This document shows positions 62,861 through 64,000 of a stretch of DNA of 64,000 nt, piece by piece; position 1 is the first letter of the stretch; each line of letters opens with the position of its first letter. This DNA is from Nemertoderma westbladi (taxonomy: Eukaryota; Animalia; Xenacoelomorpha). The stretch lies in assembly GCA_032718475.1 (NCBI GenBank), contig JAUCBJ010008092.1, forward strand, positions 1 through 64,000, given 5' to 3'. The position numbers were made by a program, and so were the translations under genes. The notes beneath the pieces were generated by a model. It saw only the letters and a program-made list of their open reading frames with translations. It made no database searches and had not been told where the DNA came from.

Positions 62861-64000
62861 CCCTATTAGTACCGGGCTATAAAATGCAGTACAAATACCG
62901 GGGGGGGGGTCATATTGACCCCTCCCTCTAAAATCTACAAAAATTAACGAAAACGTCTGATTTTTTGTTTGTACGTAGGTATCACTAGTCTGGATCCGAC
63001 CGAAAAAAAAAAATTTCAAAAAAATGTACTGGAGTGGTAATATTGCAGCATCAAAATTACAAGTAGTGCACAATTTTCACAAAATTTGAAAGTTACATTT
63101 TTCGGCTAATTGTTTTTCAATACAGGTTTTCTGGGGCGCAAAATACATTGGAAAATATTTAAAAATGATATGATTACCATAAATGGCTGTTTAGTCCTCT
63201 ATGCGTAGGAAAAAAAGGAAAAAAACAAGTAACCAGCACTTTTCAGTTAGAACACAAAATTTTTAATTCACTTATACGATGCTATAAATTCACATTTTTA
63301 GGTTTTCTAGGGCGCTGATTCTAATGGAATACATTTCAAATATGCCAGATCATTGCTACTTGTATTTTTCGGCGTAATTTGGCAAATTTTGGTGCTAGCA
63401 CCAAATTTCGTACCCATCACCAAAAAGTACAAGTTTGCGATGTCCAGTGCTGTTTTTATTGTTTCCATCGGATTCAGGACCCTCATAAACCCGTATAACG
63501 CAAGAAACAAGATGATACTATCTACTGATCAATTTACTAATTTTCCAAAATTTGGTGCAAAACAACAATTTTCACCCACCGGCGAAAAATACAAGTTTGA
63601 AAACTCTTATGGAATTTTTACTGATTCCATTGAATTCAGAACCCTAACAAACCCGTATAACGCAAGAAACAAGATGACACAATCAATTGATATATTTGAT
63701 GGTTTTCAAAATTTGGTGCTAGCACCACATTTTGCACCCACTTCCGAAAAATACAAGTTTGAGATGTCTAGTTCGATAATTATATATTCCATTGAATTCA
63801 GAACAGCCATAAACCTCTAAAATGCAAGAAATAAATTGTCACAAGCAATTTTATCTATTGAATGGATTTTCAAAATTTCGTGCTAGCACCAAAATTTGCA
63901 CACAGCACCGAAAAATACAAGTTTGATACGCTTGGTGCAACTCGTATATATTTCATCGAAACCAGAACCCCAAAAAACCCCAATTGCGTAAAAAAACAAG
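62861..64000 (-). mobile_element. piggyBac-type MITE, third copy, inverted and running off the window
   Basis: TTAA-CCCTATTAGTACCGGGCTAT is the reverse complement of the 58632 end. Confidence 0.88.

Noticed and set aside
63353-63820. 155-aa ORF with internal repeats
   Set aside because: Translation of piggyBac-MITE tandem units, with no transposase motifs.

Overview
AT-rich eukaryotic (metazoan-like, probably invertebrate) DNA made almost entirely of nested, mostly decayed transposable elements. No intact host gene, rRNA, true tRNA or CRISPR array is visible. The backbone is five pieces of BEL/Pao LTR retrotransposons from three LTR families, called A, B and C here. Their LTRs are about 1.05-1.2 kb, and the 3' LTRs share a GG(G/A)AGCGG or GGAGCGG polypurine tract (PPT). 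Inserted among them are a near full-length Gypsy-order LTR element, a CRE-type non-LTR element, Penelope-like fragments with hammerhead ribozymes, a Merlin/ISXO2 transposase, a probable CryptonV-like element in a (CA)n tract, and piggyBac-, Tc1-, MULE- and Kolobok-type MITEs. The most notable result is that these BEL/Pao elements carry large, sense-strand, non-Env accessory ORFs just upstream of the 3' LTR. ORF-X, a multi-CCHC zinc-knuckle protein with a basic tail, occurs in two diverged families (4074-6490 on +; 49373-60540 on -, in three pieces). An unrelated ORF-Y (8369-9880) precedes a family-C LTR. The LTRs also hold a covarying RNA stem (family B) and a conserved tRNA-like Pol III A/B-box module (family C). 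All alignments were done by eye, so boundaries lacking a TSD or TG/CA terminus are approximate.
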